Shown: positions 1 through 12,679 of the stretch, piece after piece
How the letters are laid out: each line of letters opens with the position of its first letter
Numbering within the stretch: position 1 is the stretch's first letter
Source: Octopus sinensis
Taxonomy: Eukaryota
Reading direction: 5' to 3'
Length of the DNA: 64,000 nt
Assembly (NCBI RefSeq): GCF_006345805.1
Contig: NW_021830468.1
Span: forward strand, 1-64,000
Notes under the pieces: model-generated
The model's database searches: none
Told to the model about the DNA's origin: nothing
Seen by the model: the letters and a program-made list of their open reading frames with translations, nothing else
Program-made: the position numbers and the translations under genes

Positions 1-190
1 CTACTTGCCATACAACCACTCTTGCGTCTCGCTTTTAGTCGAGCAAATCGACCCCAGGACTTATTCTTTGGAAGCCATAGTACTTATTCTATCGGTTTCT
101 TTTGCCGAACCGCTAAGTTACGGGACGTATACACATCAGCATCGGTTGTCAAGTGATGTTGGGGGAACAGAGACACACAAACATATACAC
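1..190 (-). mobile_element. 3' half of CORE-type tRNA SINE (cut by window edge)
   Basis: Reverse complement of the tail seen in fuller copies at 49317-49705 and 52057-52462 (cttgacaaccgatgctgatgtgt...cttagcggttcggcaaaag...ggggtcgatttgctcgactaaa). Confidence 0.8.
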
Positions 191-299
191 ACACATAAAT
201 ACATACACACATACACACACACACACACACACATATATTTATATATATTTATATATTCATATATATATATATATATATATACATTTTCCCTCAGTTGAT

Positions 300-525
300 A
301 AAGCATTCAATATAGTCGTGAACAGAAGTTTGAGACGTATGCCTGAAAATTATAATTTTTATATTAAATGACCAAGATTCTAATTTCAACTATATTATTA
401 CTTGGTTAAAACTATGGGATAAAGGTGTGAAAATCATTACGTTGTTTATATCTGAATCGAATTGTACCTGGGCAGAACAAGTTTAATTAAAAAAAACAAA
501 TGTTCCAAACTTTTGGCCACCACTT
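300..525 (+). mobile_element. Possible Tc1-like transposon right end
   Basis: 501-525 tgttccaaacttttggccaccact(t) followed by TA resembles the reverse complement of a Tc1-type TIR (cagtggtggccaaaagtttggaaca). No partner TIR is seen. Confidence 0.35.
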
Positions 526-1482
526 TAAATGCCGAGGAGAAGACTATGCTCGTGGGGCACATTATCATCGATACGGTTACAAGCTGTGATTAAAGATCTT
601 CGACAAGCTAATCGATTAGGTGATGATTTGATTACATTATCTAGTTGATTTGTAATAAAACGGAAGTGACACGTAGCCAGCGCCTGTGCTTTTATTGGTA
701 GTGTGAATCTCCCAAAGCTCAACAACATAAAATATAGTTTTGATTTACCTCTTATCTTTCGATACGAAGTACGTGGATAATTTTCTTGTATTTGATTTCT
801 AAGGGGAAGTAGATATCACAAGATGAACCTTGCATAGAGATTTAATTGGTTTTTGATGCTTAATAGCAAGAAATTGTCTTCATGACAAAACGCAGTGAAC
901 GGCAATCTTACGGGGTCGAATATTCCCCAAACATATTTTGAACTGGGGATAACCTTGTGTTTATATCCAACACTCCTTACTGCTGCCACCCCGTAATTTA
1001 TTTACGGTGAGTGGACGATTAATGTCACCAGTCATCATACAACAGCTGGAATAACATAAGAGGGACAATCTCTCTTATCAGCTTGCAGCGCAGCCTATCC
1101 GTTTTATGTGACGGAAGAGGAGATAACCAGTCTGAAATACTTCCATCTCACAGTCTGGGCAGGTGGCGCTGCGAGCTGATTTTAGTATATTTACACCATT
1201 TGTTTACAGCGTCAAATTTTCTCCATGACAAAACACAGTGAATGGCTTGAACTCTAGTTCGAACATGCCTCAAGGATTTATTAGAAGCATTTATTTTAGC
1301 TCAGAAAGAGAAGACAATTCTACATTAGATTTCAAATTGGCAACGTGGGATACAGAATAGAGAACACAGAAAACGTTTCCTATAGCAACGAGCGATGCAA
1401 TTCCAATGAGATGCAAACGAGGAAACCGCCGCAACATAAAGATCACATGTATTTAGTTAGAATAGTTTTTCTCTCTCGGAGG

Positions 1483-1960
1483 GCGACGAGGAGCTGGCAG
1501 AAAGGTTAGCACGCCCGGGTGAAATGCTTAGCGGTATTTTGTCTACCGTTAGGTTCTGAGTTCAAATTCCGCCGAGGTCGACTTTGCCTTTCATCCTTTC
1601 GGGGTCGATTAAATAAGAACCAGTTTCGCGCTGGGGTCGATGTAATCGACTTAATCCGTTTGTCTGTCCTTGTTTGTCCTCTCTGTGTTTAGCCCCCTTG
1701 TGGGTAGTAAAGGAATAGGTATTCCTTTCTCATTATAAATTTGATTATAAGGCAGCGAACTGGCAGAAACGTTCACAGGGTGGGCGAAATACTTAGCAGT
1801 ATTTCGCCTGTCTTTACTTTCTGAGTTCAAATTCCGCCGAAGTTGACATTGCTTTTCATCCTTTCAGGGTCGATAAATTAAATACCAGTTGCGTACTAGG
1901 GTGGTTCTAATCGACTGCTCCCCGCCAAATTTCAGGCCCTGTACCTAGAGTAGAAAAGAT
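1483..1960 (+). mobile_element. Two adjacent tRNA-derived SINEs (Meta-like central domain), tail type 1 then tail type 2
   Basis: Head gagctggcagaaa..gttagcacgcc...gagttcaaattcc (B-box-like). Central gaggtcgactttgcctttcatcctttcggggtcgat matches my recollection of the Meta domain. The family recurs more than 15 times in the window. Confidence 0.85.
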
Positions 1961-2041
1961 TATAAATTTGGGGTGTGTGAGTGAGTGTGTGTGTATGTAA
2001 GTATGATTGAATCTCTCTATCTATCTATTTCTCTCTCTCTC

Positions 2042-2109
<68 letters not shown>

Positions 2110-2385
2110 AATAGAAAATGGGACAAGAGCGCAACACATCCTGATAGACGGTACAAAAACCACGGATGAGTCATTCGAAGCCTTTAATCTTCAGTCAAGA
2201 ACCGGATCATCCTCGCAATTTCGGCTGATTAATCTTGAGATTGCTCCAATCTGGCCAACCCCAAGAAAAAACTAAGCTAAGAGCATTAGATTTCTTGGAA
2301 AATGCTTTGAATGTATACGAAACAAGGACTGAAAAACGAACGATGTTACACGAATATAAATACAAAAATAATACAAAAAAACAAT
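2110..2385 (-). mobile_element. Short PLE-tail-like repeat, related to 15120-15235
   Basis: Shares aaaatgggacaaga.cgcaa.acatcc.ga.agacg.tacaaa with 15124-15165. Both abut (TA)n/(TG)n and carry a CTGA(A/G)GA...CGAATG motif on the minus strand. Confidence 0.45.
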
Positions 2386-2410
2386 AATAATAATAATAAT
2401 AATCATAATA

Positions 2411-2460
<50 letters not shown>

Positions 2461-2594
2461 GGACATTACAACAGGCGTCTTTCGACTGAAGACGAATTGA
2501 ATTCAGCTGGCGTGTTGGGAAAATACATACATATACATGTATGTATATACAGGCAGAGCGCTAAATAGATAGAAATAGATAGATACTAGTACTA

Positions 2595-3250
2595 CCACCA
2601 TCACTACCACAACCACAACCGCCACAACCCCTACTGCATCCATTCTCAATTTCAGTATTAAATTTACTCAAATTCGATATTCAATCAAATAATTCTAGCT
2701 GACTTCACATGGAAAGCGACAGACTGTTGTGTTCACTTCTTTAGGTTGGAGTACCACCACCACCACCACCACCACCACCACTGCCACAACCACCATCACC
2801 ACCACTACCACCAACACCATCAAACTCCCACCACCACCACCATCACCACCACCATCACCACCACCATCACCACCACCATCACCACCACTAACACCACCAC
2901 CACCGCTAACATCATGACCACCACCACCACCACCACCATCACACCAGCACCACCACCACCGCACCACCACCGCCACCACTGCCACCACTACCACCACCAC
3001 CATCATCAACCCCCCAACCACAACCACCATCACATCACCACCACCACCACCACCACCATCCCACCGCCACCCCACCATCACCCTCACCACCACCATCACA
3101 CAACCACCACCACCACCACCACCACATCACACCACCACCACCACCATCACACCACTACCACCTCCACTGCTATCATAACCACCACCACCACAGTTACAAC
3201 TACGACTACGACGATCACAATCACCACCGCCGCCGCCGCCAAACCACCAC
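2595..3250. repeat. Degenerate (CAC/CAT)n trinucleotide tract
   Basis: Directly visible. It produces the spurious poly-His/Thr/Pro ORFs. Confidence 0.95.
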
Positions 3251-3307
3251 CATCTACCAGTATGGAGGTCTCCAAGCAATTACCCAACATGCTACAAGTC
3301 CAAAGTC

Positions 3308-3600
3308 ACGTGGCTTAGTGGCTAGGGTATTCGCTTCATTATCGAAAGGTCCTGAGTTCGATCCCAGCCGCGCGTTGTGTCCTTGAGCAAGACACTTTAC
3401 TCCAGTCCACTCAGCTGGCAACGATGCGTAGTACCTATATTGAAAAGAGCCACCCTTGTCACATTCTGTGTCACGCTGAATCTGTGGAATACCCAGCCAC
3501 TTACGTCTTAATTTCAGGAGGAGACTGTTTCGTTGATTGAATCTGTTGGAACATGCGTCGTCGAAAGTGACGGAGTACAATGAAGATTCGATCTCGTAAC
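3308..3600 (+). mobile_element. tRNA-derived SINE, family 3
   Basis: A-box gtggcttagtgg, B-box gagttcgatcc, then gttgtgtccttgagcaagacac. The tail is shared with 4750-4840, 20915-21020 (-) and 38358-38733 (-). Confidence 0.75.
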
Positions 3601-3993
3601 GTTGAGAACCGTAAAAAAATACTGCAGGATACGTTTGCACTGGGACCCTAACGATGTTGTCGATCACCATTCGTTGAATACTTAAGAATTTTCACAACCC
3701 AAGGCTTAAATAGACATCAACCAGAATTTAGAACGATTTTAGGAATCTATTAGAAATATCTAGTGGTCAATATTATAGCGGAATGGTTAAGGGTTTCGTT
3801 TGGCAAATACGCAGTCTCCGCTTCGATCCTACTGCGTATCAACTTGTGCAAATGCCATTTTCTATGACATTTCTATCATTAACCAAAAGCGTGTAAAACT
3901 GCATCTGTGTATATTAACGTGTGTATTTTATAAGGGTGGTTCTTTATAAATGTGGATACGATTATACAGAGAATTTTTGCATTTCTCTGTGTA

Positions 3994-4740
3994 CGCGGGT
4001 GAGTCAAAAAGTAATGCCATTTTGTTTAGGACAGGTATAATTACCTATTTCTTTACTACCCACAAGGGCCTAAACACAGAGAGGACAAACAAGGACAAAC
4101 GGATTAAGTCGATTATATCGACCCCAGCGCGTAACTGGTACTTATTTAATCGACCCCGAAAGGATGAAAGGCAAAGTCAACCTCGGCGGAATTTGAACTC
4201 AGAACGTAACGGCAGACGAAATACGGCTACGCATTTCGCCCGGCGTGCTAATGTTTCTGCCATACTCGACAGGTATAATTACCAGCACAGAAACATGTGT
4301 CATACATCAAAATGAAGTTGGTCTTCTGTGGATCACATACCTACTTCTCAACATAGTCACCGTTTCTCTCAATAGTAATGTTCCACCTTTGAATGAGAGC
4401 ATCTATACGATCTTAAGCCTTAAAGTAGATCCAAATTTTGTGAACAAAATTAGGTCGACAGAGACTGCGTAAGTTTTACCTGAATACTTCCACGTGTATG
4501 TTTCGTAAACTTCTGTGGGCTTTTGGCACGGTATTCAAAAACTCTGATACTGTAAACCCTTAGCTGTTACAGAATTTGGTCGTCAGCTTGAATGGCAAAT
4601 TCGGGATTTTGGTGCAGTGCATTGAGGTTTGGCTGTAGTTTTTAATCTCATAGGGAGGAGAGTGACACTCCAAAATTTCTTTAATGTATTAGAGGCACAC
4701 GCCGATTTCCTCTGAGAATTATGTTATAGGTGCACCTGTC
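3994..4740 (-). mobile_element. Internally deleted mariner-like element interrupted by a SINE
   Basis: TA|cgcgggtgagtcaaaaagtaatg TIR at 3992-4017. The minus strand near 4345-4410 reads GIDALIQRWNITIERNGDYVEK*, a typical mariner C-terminus. Confidence 0.75.
4046..4267 (-). mobile_element. Meta-like SINE with 16-bp target-site duplication
   Basis: gacaggtataattacc occurs at 4030-4045 and 4268-4283, flanking a full copy. Confidence 0.9.
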
Positions 4741-5384
4741 TTCAGAAGGTCTGTCTGCCATTTACGCGTTAATTTAATGAGCAGGAAATTTCATTGATCG
4801 AACAAATGAAACCTAATCGTCGAAGCCGACGGAGCGCCACCTATCAATACCTACCAGTGTTACAAAAAAAAATATAATAATTTAATGAAGGACAGTCAGT
4901 AACGGTGCGATTCTATTACGTAGCATTTATAATTTGAATCCAGCTCCACAAAATTCTACATTCATTCTTCTGCTGTATAAGCAACGTGAGAATTAAACAA
5001 AATTTTGAAAAATATAAAATGTAAAAATTTAAAGAATATTTATATATATAATCGATGAGAAAAGCGTATTGGGTGTTAATTTAATGTCTGAATCCTTGAG
5101 AAATAAAACAGATTGTTGGAAAAGGAACATTTCTTGGAGAAGGGTTTTAATGGGATGGAATAAGATGTGAGGAGAATAGGTTAATGAGGTCACGAAAAAA
5201 TTTAGCGAAAATGAGTAAAAACGGTTTTATTGGATAACTTAAATGAAATATACGAATAAGAAAGAAAGGAAAAGAATACTAACAATGAATATATATCTAT
5301 ATGACGCATGCGCACAGAAATGAAATTTGGATGAAGAATTTTTTTTTTTAAATGAAGGTATCCGTAAGTTTTATACGCTACATG

Positions 5385-5814
<430 letters not shown>

Positions 5815-5815
<1 letters not shown>

Positions 5816-6000
5816 GAGAGTTTACGAAAAAAAACAAAAAAAAACAAGAAGACAGGTGGTGTATAAAACAAACAGATGTATTAGTGCTCAGGAATAGAAA
5901 AAGTCTTTTACGTTTCGAGCCTACGCTGCTCTATGGAAAGGGACACAGAAAAAACAAGGAGAGAAAATAAAATGTGTGTAGTGGCTAACGATCTATCATA
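5815..6000 (-). mobile_element. PLE-tail-like short element with decayed HHR core
   Basis: Homologous to 33440-33630 (-) and 57860-58080 (+). Minus strand reads gcgtaggctcgaaacgtaaaagac and the element ends in (TA)n. Confidence 0.6.
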
Positions 6001-6577
6001 TATATATATATGAATCAAAACAGTTTGATTGACATTCGTTGGTACTCTTCAGTTTCCAGCGTGATGCTAGTCGTCAGCCATTTTGAATTTGAATGACAGA
6101 AGTCGATTGTTATTACCGTAAGGTGGGTTGCGAATGGTCGAGGAGGATCACACGGTAACAGTGAATTGGAAAAAACTGCGTGACGAACAGAAAATTGACC
6201 ACGTGTACGACAGGAAAACGGTCAGTTTGTTGGGCGGAAAGTAGGAAGGGGCAGCACGTGCAGGTATATACTTCTATATATGGGTGTGTACATGCGCGCT
6301 TATAGTTTGGCATGCATGTGTTTATTGATGCAAGTGTGTGCATCTGTACATGTGCACAAACGCGCAAGACTGCACACACAGGTACGCGCGAGCGCACACA
6401 CACATACAGGCACACATATAGGTACGCATATGCGCGCGCGTGGACGAACTCGCACTTGCGCACACGCGCACACATACAACGGCATATGCACCCATGCACA
6501 AAATACACGGATACTCACACATGCTTCTTCATTCATATGTACATATGTATATTCGCATGCGTGTACACATGCATACC

Positions 6578-6810
6578 TATTTCTTTATTACCCACAAGGG
6601 GCTAAACACAGAGAGGACAAACAAGGACAGACATAGGTATTATGTCGATTACATCGACCCCAGTGCGTAACTGGTACTTAATTTATCGACCCCGAAAGGA
6701 TGAAAGGCAAAGTCGACCTCGGCGGAATTTGAACTCACAACGTAACGGCAGACGAAATACCGCTAAGCATTTTGCCCGGCGCGCTAACGTTTCTGCCAGC
6801 TCGCCGCCTT
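6578..6810 (-). mobile_element. Meta-like SINE with 12-bp TSD
   Basis: cacatgcatacc at 6566-6577 and cacatgtatacc at 6811-6822 (one mismatch). Confidence 0.88.
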
Positions 6811-7045
6811 CACATGTATACCAGAGTGCGCGCGCACATGTGCGTTCGCACGTACAAGACAAGCGTTTGGGAATTGGTAAGCGTTGGGGCTTGGTTAAAC
6901 TTTGGGGATTGGTAAATGGCGGTCGTGCTCATGGGGTCGATTGATAGCTGGGACCTTAGTGCAGGCGGTGCAAAGTAGCAGCTGGTGCTAAGATGGTATA
7001 TCCGAGTTGTCGGCAGTTACAGGCCTGAAATTTGCCAGAAAGTCA

Positions 7046-8102
7046 TATCATTGATGACAAGAATACGATAAACCGTACTTATTGTTAATGGACACTGCGG
7101 GTTGTTGGGGATAAGTAGTTTTTGCGGAGGCAGAGCTGGCAGTTGGGGGTGCCGCGTGAATATGGTGGCGCTCTGTCGGCAATAATTCATTTGGTGCTGG
7201 GTATTTCATCTCGGAGATCACGAAGTCTCCGGAGAAAGCAAGACAGGAAAGTAGAGTTCTCTCTGTCTCTCTGTCTCTGGATCTGGACGAGTACATATGC
7301 TGGGAGTATCTTCCTTTGACGTTATTAGCTGCCGTACCCGTACATTGCCTAGTAATGCCATCGGATAGCGTAAGGATGTCTCTGTATACTACGGCCCTTG
7401 AAAGATAAGATCCTTCTAGAGGGCACATGGTGGAGTTTCGGAGGTTGTAAGTTTGGTTTGGGAATGGTGTGGGAGCATTTTTACGTTTGGTGATGCGTGC
7501 AATGTTCGATACGATGTTGTCTATGCAGGAGTAGGTCACGTTGATATTATAGGGGTTGAAAAGTTTGTAATACTTATGGCCACTGTTGAAGTGTTTCTTA
7601 ATTAACGACAGGAAGCCCCTAGCTATGTTGGTCGAAACATTTAGGTTTAAAGAGAGTGTTATAACATACAATTTTCCTTCTCCTAATCCTTTTGCAGTGA
7701 GGAGAGTGTGTTCGGGGATTGTCCACATACGTGAGCTTCTCAGTAAACCCGCTCTTAGCCAAAGTATCGTTGTAGTGGAGGCGGCTCTGTTAAAGATCTC
7801 TCTATTGGCCAAGAGATTAGATATTCGTTTACTAACGCCTGGAACCAGGTTTCTAATTGGAGCGGAGATGATCGTTTGAGCTCTTGTGGATGTACATTGT
7901 ATATTCGCTAGGCTTCCTGTACGGGTAATACTTTCCCGTACTGAAGTTTACGTCCCAGAAATCGACCGTAGTCAGGTTGAATAACTGGATGAGGTCGGTG
8001 ATTTCAGCCCCGTCAAAGCACTCCATACAGACGTCGAGCAATGGCTCGCCTTCTTTTTTTACCCAGAAGGATCCGTCTTAGACCAGAATTGACTTTCTGG
8101 CA
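7046..8102 (-). mobile_element. Penelope-like element remnant (RT C-terminus, thumb/linker, GIY-YIG region), decayed and internally deleted
   Basis: Minus strand reads ARKSILV*DGSFWVKKEGEPLLDVCMECFDGAEITDLI, VDFWDVNFSTGKYYPYRKP..YIHKSSN and NVSTNIARGFLSLIKKHF..HKYYKLFNPYNINVTYSC...CPLEGSYLSRAVVY. These are characteristic Penelope motifs. Confidence 0.85.
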
Positions 8103-8291
8103 TTTATGATAATTTTGATGTCACAGGTCACTAATGCTGGTGCAGTGTCCAGCACGGCGCATGCGCGCCCTTTCTGCTATTGCTTCCATTGTTACGTTCT
8201 AAAAAATATAGATAGATATTCATACTTAAGATACGCACAAATATATATACGTACACGCAAACACACACACACACACACATCTATTCATACA

Positions 8292-8325
<34 letters not shown>

Positions 8326-8394
8326 ACACAATTATATATACATATGTGTGTGCATATATATATATAAGTACATATTTATGTCTCAATATGTGAC

Positions 8395-8592
8395 CGCGTA
8401 TCTATCGTTGGTAATTTTCTTTCTCCGTCTTCCCTTCCTTGGATCTTTGCCTTTTCTATGTTTTTGACGAAGAGCTCCGCTCGAAACGTTAAATCTACCT
8501 TCTTTCTTTCCTTTCCTGAGCGCCCAATAACACTATACTTGCTCCACGCCCTCGCGTTGTTGTGTTTTCTCCTTGTTCTTGTTTGGAGTAAC
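8395..8592 (+). mobile_element. PLE-tail-like short element ending in (TA)n, with HHR motif at 8461-8493
   Basis: ttt-TTGACGA-a-gagc(tcc)gctc-GAAA-cgt-t-aaa has minimal type I HHR geometry with C3 replaced by U. Confidence 0.6.
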
Positions 8593-8934
8593 TATATATA
8601 TATATATATATCATACATAATTGCATACACACACACACACACCACACACACACTCACACACACACACACGATATGTGTTTAAGTGTAGGCCTGTTTTATC
8701 TTTCTTACAGTCTGTACTGTCGCAACATCTTACAGACGGTATCATTAAAAATGCAAACAACAAAGAATAATAACAAACAACAAAAATCGAATTAAGAAAT
8801 ATATATTAAATATTTCATTATATATTAACATACCAATATATTCCCACACGTATGCGTACATTTACACATACACATACACACACAAACACACATTTATATA
8901 TCATATATATTTAGATACATATACATTCATGCAG

Positions 8935-8971
<37 letters not shown>

Positions 8972-9689
8972 ATATATATAGATATTTATATTTTATATAT
9001 ATATATATTATATATATAGATATATATATATATACATATATATACACACAAACACATATATTATTATATATACGTGTGTGTATGTATCTATACTGGAATA
9101 CGCAGACATCTACGTAGACACAGCCCTATACTTGTAGACAAAACGCTGTGAGACACACGACGAATTTACATATACAGCGTATAAAAATAAATATATATTG
9201 ATAAAAACAAAACGCAAGGATAAACACATGCGTTGTGGTATTGTTACTTAATTAAAAGTTCATGGGAAATTTTTCAATTTCATCCACTTTACACGTTCTA
9301 ATTACCAGCGTTTCTGTTGCCAACGTTCCGACTACCATTGAATTTTCTTTTTTAAATTTTTATATATTTGCCTGCGTTTTTTTCTTTTTTTTTTTCTGTC
9401 TGTTGCGTTTGTTTTTGTTGTAGCTGCACACGTTGGTGTTATTGTTGTTGTTGTGATTGTTAATCTTCATGATTATCTGTTCATGCTACACAGACACACA
9501 CACAGACACACACACACATATTATTGTTGTGGTTGTTGGTTTTGTTCTTGTACTTTGCGGTAATGTTGTTAATTTGTTGTTTGTGTTTTGTTTCTTATAT
9601 TTTTTTACAAACACATTTGTTGTTGTTTCTGTTGTTGGTGCTGTTGTCATTAATCTGGATGATAATGTGCATTGTGCACTATTGTGGTG

Positions 9690-10011
9690 GATGGTAGCTC
9701 TCTTCTCCTTTTCTTCTTCTTCTTCTTCCCCTTCTTCTACTTCATTGTCTTCTACTACTTCTTCTTCTCCTTCTTCTTCTTTTTCCTCTACTTCTTCTTC
9801 TTCTTCCCCTTCTTCCTCCTCCTCTTCTTCCCCTTCTCCTACTTCTTCCTCTTCTTCTACTTCTTCTTCTACTTCTTCTTCTTCAACTTCTTCTTTTTCC
9901 TCTTCTTCTTCTTCTTCTTTTTCCTTTCCTCTTCTTTTTCCTCTTCCTCTACTTCTTCTTTTTCTTCTTCTTCTTATCATTATTATTATTATCATTATTA
10001 TTATTATTATT

Positions 10012-10064
<53 letters not shown>

Positions 10065-10069
10065 TATTA

Positions 10070-10112
<43 letters not shown>
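9690..10112. repeat. (TCT)n to (ATT)n to (ATC)n to (ATT)n compound tract
   Basis: Directly visible. Confidence 0.95.
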
Positions 10113-10568
10113 CACAAAAAATCTCTTTTAATTGTTCTAACAGCTGTTGTTGTTGATACTCTCGTTGTTGTTGATTTTGTTAGTGTTGTTGTTGTTAATC
10201 CTGATGACAAGGCGGTTCGTTGGGGAAGCTTTTTTTAAATATTGCTGCTGATGTAATGTTGCTGGTGATGGTGGTGGCGGTGGTAGTGGGTCCTGGTGTT
10301 AATGAGACTGTTGTTAACGTTGGTATAGTTGTTGTTGTTGTTGTTGTTTGTGGCACATCATTTTCATGAGTATTTATTTGTTGTTGTTGTTAATATTTTT
10401 TCTAAGATCCTTTCCTTCCTCCCCCCCCATACCTCTTTCTCGTATTACAATTTCCCTTATATTTTTTAATGCACTCATTTCATAATTCACCCACCTGATA
10501 TTTCGCCACATATTTTGTATTGTTTTAATAACAACAACAGCAAGATCAAGAACAACAACAACAACAAC

Positions 10569-10630
<62 letters not shown>

Positions 10631-10653
10631 TAATAATAATAATAATGATAATA

Positions 10654-10795
10654 AGGTGAGCTAGCAGAAACGTTAGAGCGCCGGGCGAAATGCCTAGCGG
10701 TAATGTCGTCTGTCGATGTAATCGACTTAATACCTATGTCTGTCCTTGTTTGTCCCCTCTATGTTTAGCCCCTTGTGGGTAGTAAAGAAATGAAT
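10654..10795 (+). mobile_element. Internally deleted Meta-like SINE
   Basis: Head joined directly to the type 1 tail; the central domain is missing. Confidence 0.75.
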
Positions 10796-11064
10796 AATAA
10801 TAATGATGATGATGATGATGATGACGATGATGATGATGATAATTTTTTTCTTGTAACCTGGGTCCCTTTAAACATGCAATAAAAACGTTGCAATTAGGAG
10901 GCACAAAAGCTTGTGGGGTGGACAAAACGAAATTATATAAAAGCCGGCTGTAGAGTAAAGACGTCATAACATTTGTGTGCGTGTGTGCGTGGATAGATGT
11001 ATATGCCTAGTTCGATTTGTTTTGCTCCGCCTCTGTTCTGTTTTTGTTTTTTCCAACGGATTTC

Positions 11065-11158
11065 CTATTTCTTCCTGAAGAGAAAGACACAATATGGTCC
11101 CATTATTCAATCGGATTTTGGTAAATTGTGCCTTTCGAAACACGTGTAGAATGAAATA
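11065..11158 (+). ncRNA. Type I hammerhead ribozyme motif, intact core
   Basis: Stem I tatttt-c-ttc/gaa-t-gaaata; CTGAAGA 11076-11082; stem II gaaag-a-cacaat/attgtg-c-ctttc; GAAA 11137-11140; palindromic stem III ACACGTGT; cleavage triplet GUA (N17=11148). Confidence 0.75.
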
Positions 11159-11239
11159 AAACGATTTCTGTTCAATCTGCGTTCAGCTCCATTTCTTCAA
11201 TTCACCAATAATATTTTATATATATATATATATATATAT

Positions 11240-11693
11240 GAAAAAACAAGTCAAAATAGAAAATGCTAAAATAAAGAACATTTCAGTACCGGTTTCCGTC
11301 ATTTTGAGACCTTTTCAACTGTAACGATTAAATAATTAAATTTAGAAAAAATTAAAAAAAGCTTTTTTAAAGATATTTGTATAGTGTTCAAATATAAGTG
11401 GCATTCTGCCTTTCTATGTCTCCCTTGTTGCACTTGTGTGTTCGAGGCCGTTGTTTCGAGGCCGTTTGACAACGGCCTCGAACACACAAGTGCAACAAGG
11501 GAGACATAGAAAGGCAGAATGCCACTTATATTTGAACACTATACAAATATTCTTTAAAAAAAACTTTTCTTTTAATTTTTTCTAAATTAATTATTTAATC
11601 GTATTTAAGTTTACAGTTGAAAAGGTCTCAAATGACCGAAACCGGTACTGAAATGTTCTTTATTTTAGCATTTTCTATTTTGACTGTTTTTTC
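11240..11693. mobile_element. Foldback (palindromic) PLE-type insertion in (TA)n
   Basis: Arms 11240-11454 and 11469-11693 are near-perfect reverse complements around a 14-nt spacer that duplicates ttcgaggccgtt. Each arm carries an HHR motif. Confidence 0.85.
11611..11653 (+). ncRNA. Minimal type I hammerhead, U3:A8 core variant
   Basis: ttacag-TTGAAAA-ggtc(tcaaat)gacc-GAAA-ccggt-a-ctgaaa, with palindromic ACCGGT and a GUA triplet. The mirror copy at 11281-11324 (-) has a C11.1-to-G change. Confidence 0.6.
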
Positions 11694-11773
11694 ATATATA
11701 TCAACTCGTGTGTTCCTTTTCACCCCTTAAACTATATATATATATATATATAGATATATCTATATAATATTAT

Positions 11774-11817
<44 letters not shown>

Positions 11818-12679
11818 TGTGTGTGTGTGTATTGTGTGTTGGGGTAAGTCACAAACTTTTTATACAAAGTAAATGCACACAGTATGTAGATTATTTTACG
11901 AAAACACAATAATTTTCAAAAGATTATTTAATAAACATGAGAAGAGTTTACGGTAATCTGCCCTAATATTTATGAGAAGCCAGCTGCTTGGTCTTGATGA
12001 CGAAGCACCTCACGGCATTGTGTGGGTGGTAGAGAATTGTAATTAACTAACATATTCTTGATATGATATATCACAATCGCAATCATTGAATCGCACGTGA
12101 ACACGGCCCACAGCCTGGGTCAAAGGAACCACCAGAAGAACCAAAAGTCCTTCTGGTGTTTCCTTTGACCAAAAGTTAATTACACGTAGTCATTGTCTAG
12201 ATATGTTTGTAGATGAAAAACTTCAGTGAATTATGTCACACCTTCAACCAAAAAATAGTGTGGTTCCTGGCGCTGGAAGCAAAGAACTAACGCTCGAGTT
12301 TGTCTTGGTGAAAAGAAAACGAAGCAAAGCACGTCAGTGATAAATAACGGTGACATTTCATGCACTTGGCTCTTCTGCTTGAGCTTTCATTCAAAACCTG
12401 TGTGAGACTGTGTGCTCTACTCGCTTTCTCATCCCAGCTCTTACCCATCTGGGTGTTTGGATTTAACCATACACTAAGCACTTTACCTGGAGTAGACAAC
12501 TCACCAGCAAAGATAATACACAGGTATCAGCGAACTTTGGCAACAATTGAACAGAAATCAAAGATTTATATCGGAGCCCTGGAAGGAAAAGTTAGATCCA
12601 AGCGTCTTTTGAATCTTTAAGCACCGTGACAAGAGATATTCAACTGCCCTTTCGTCTTTAATCTGAAAGCTTAAAGACG

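Noticed and set aside
531-580. EDYARGAHYH resembles alpha-tubulin NYARGHY
   Set aside because: The similarity does not extend in any frame.
2170-2205. CTGAAGA...CGAATG motif (also ~15180-15215 and ~6015-6050, minus strand) as hammerheads
   Set aside because: GAAA is replaced by GAAU and stem I does not pair consistently, so these are not called as ribozymes.
12240-12300. VVPGAGSKE resembles the chaperonin VVPGGGA.E motif
   Set aside because: Flanking frames contain stops and show no other CCT or BBS motifs.
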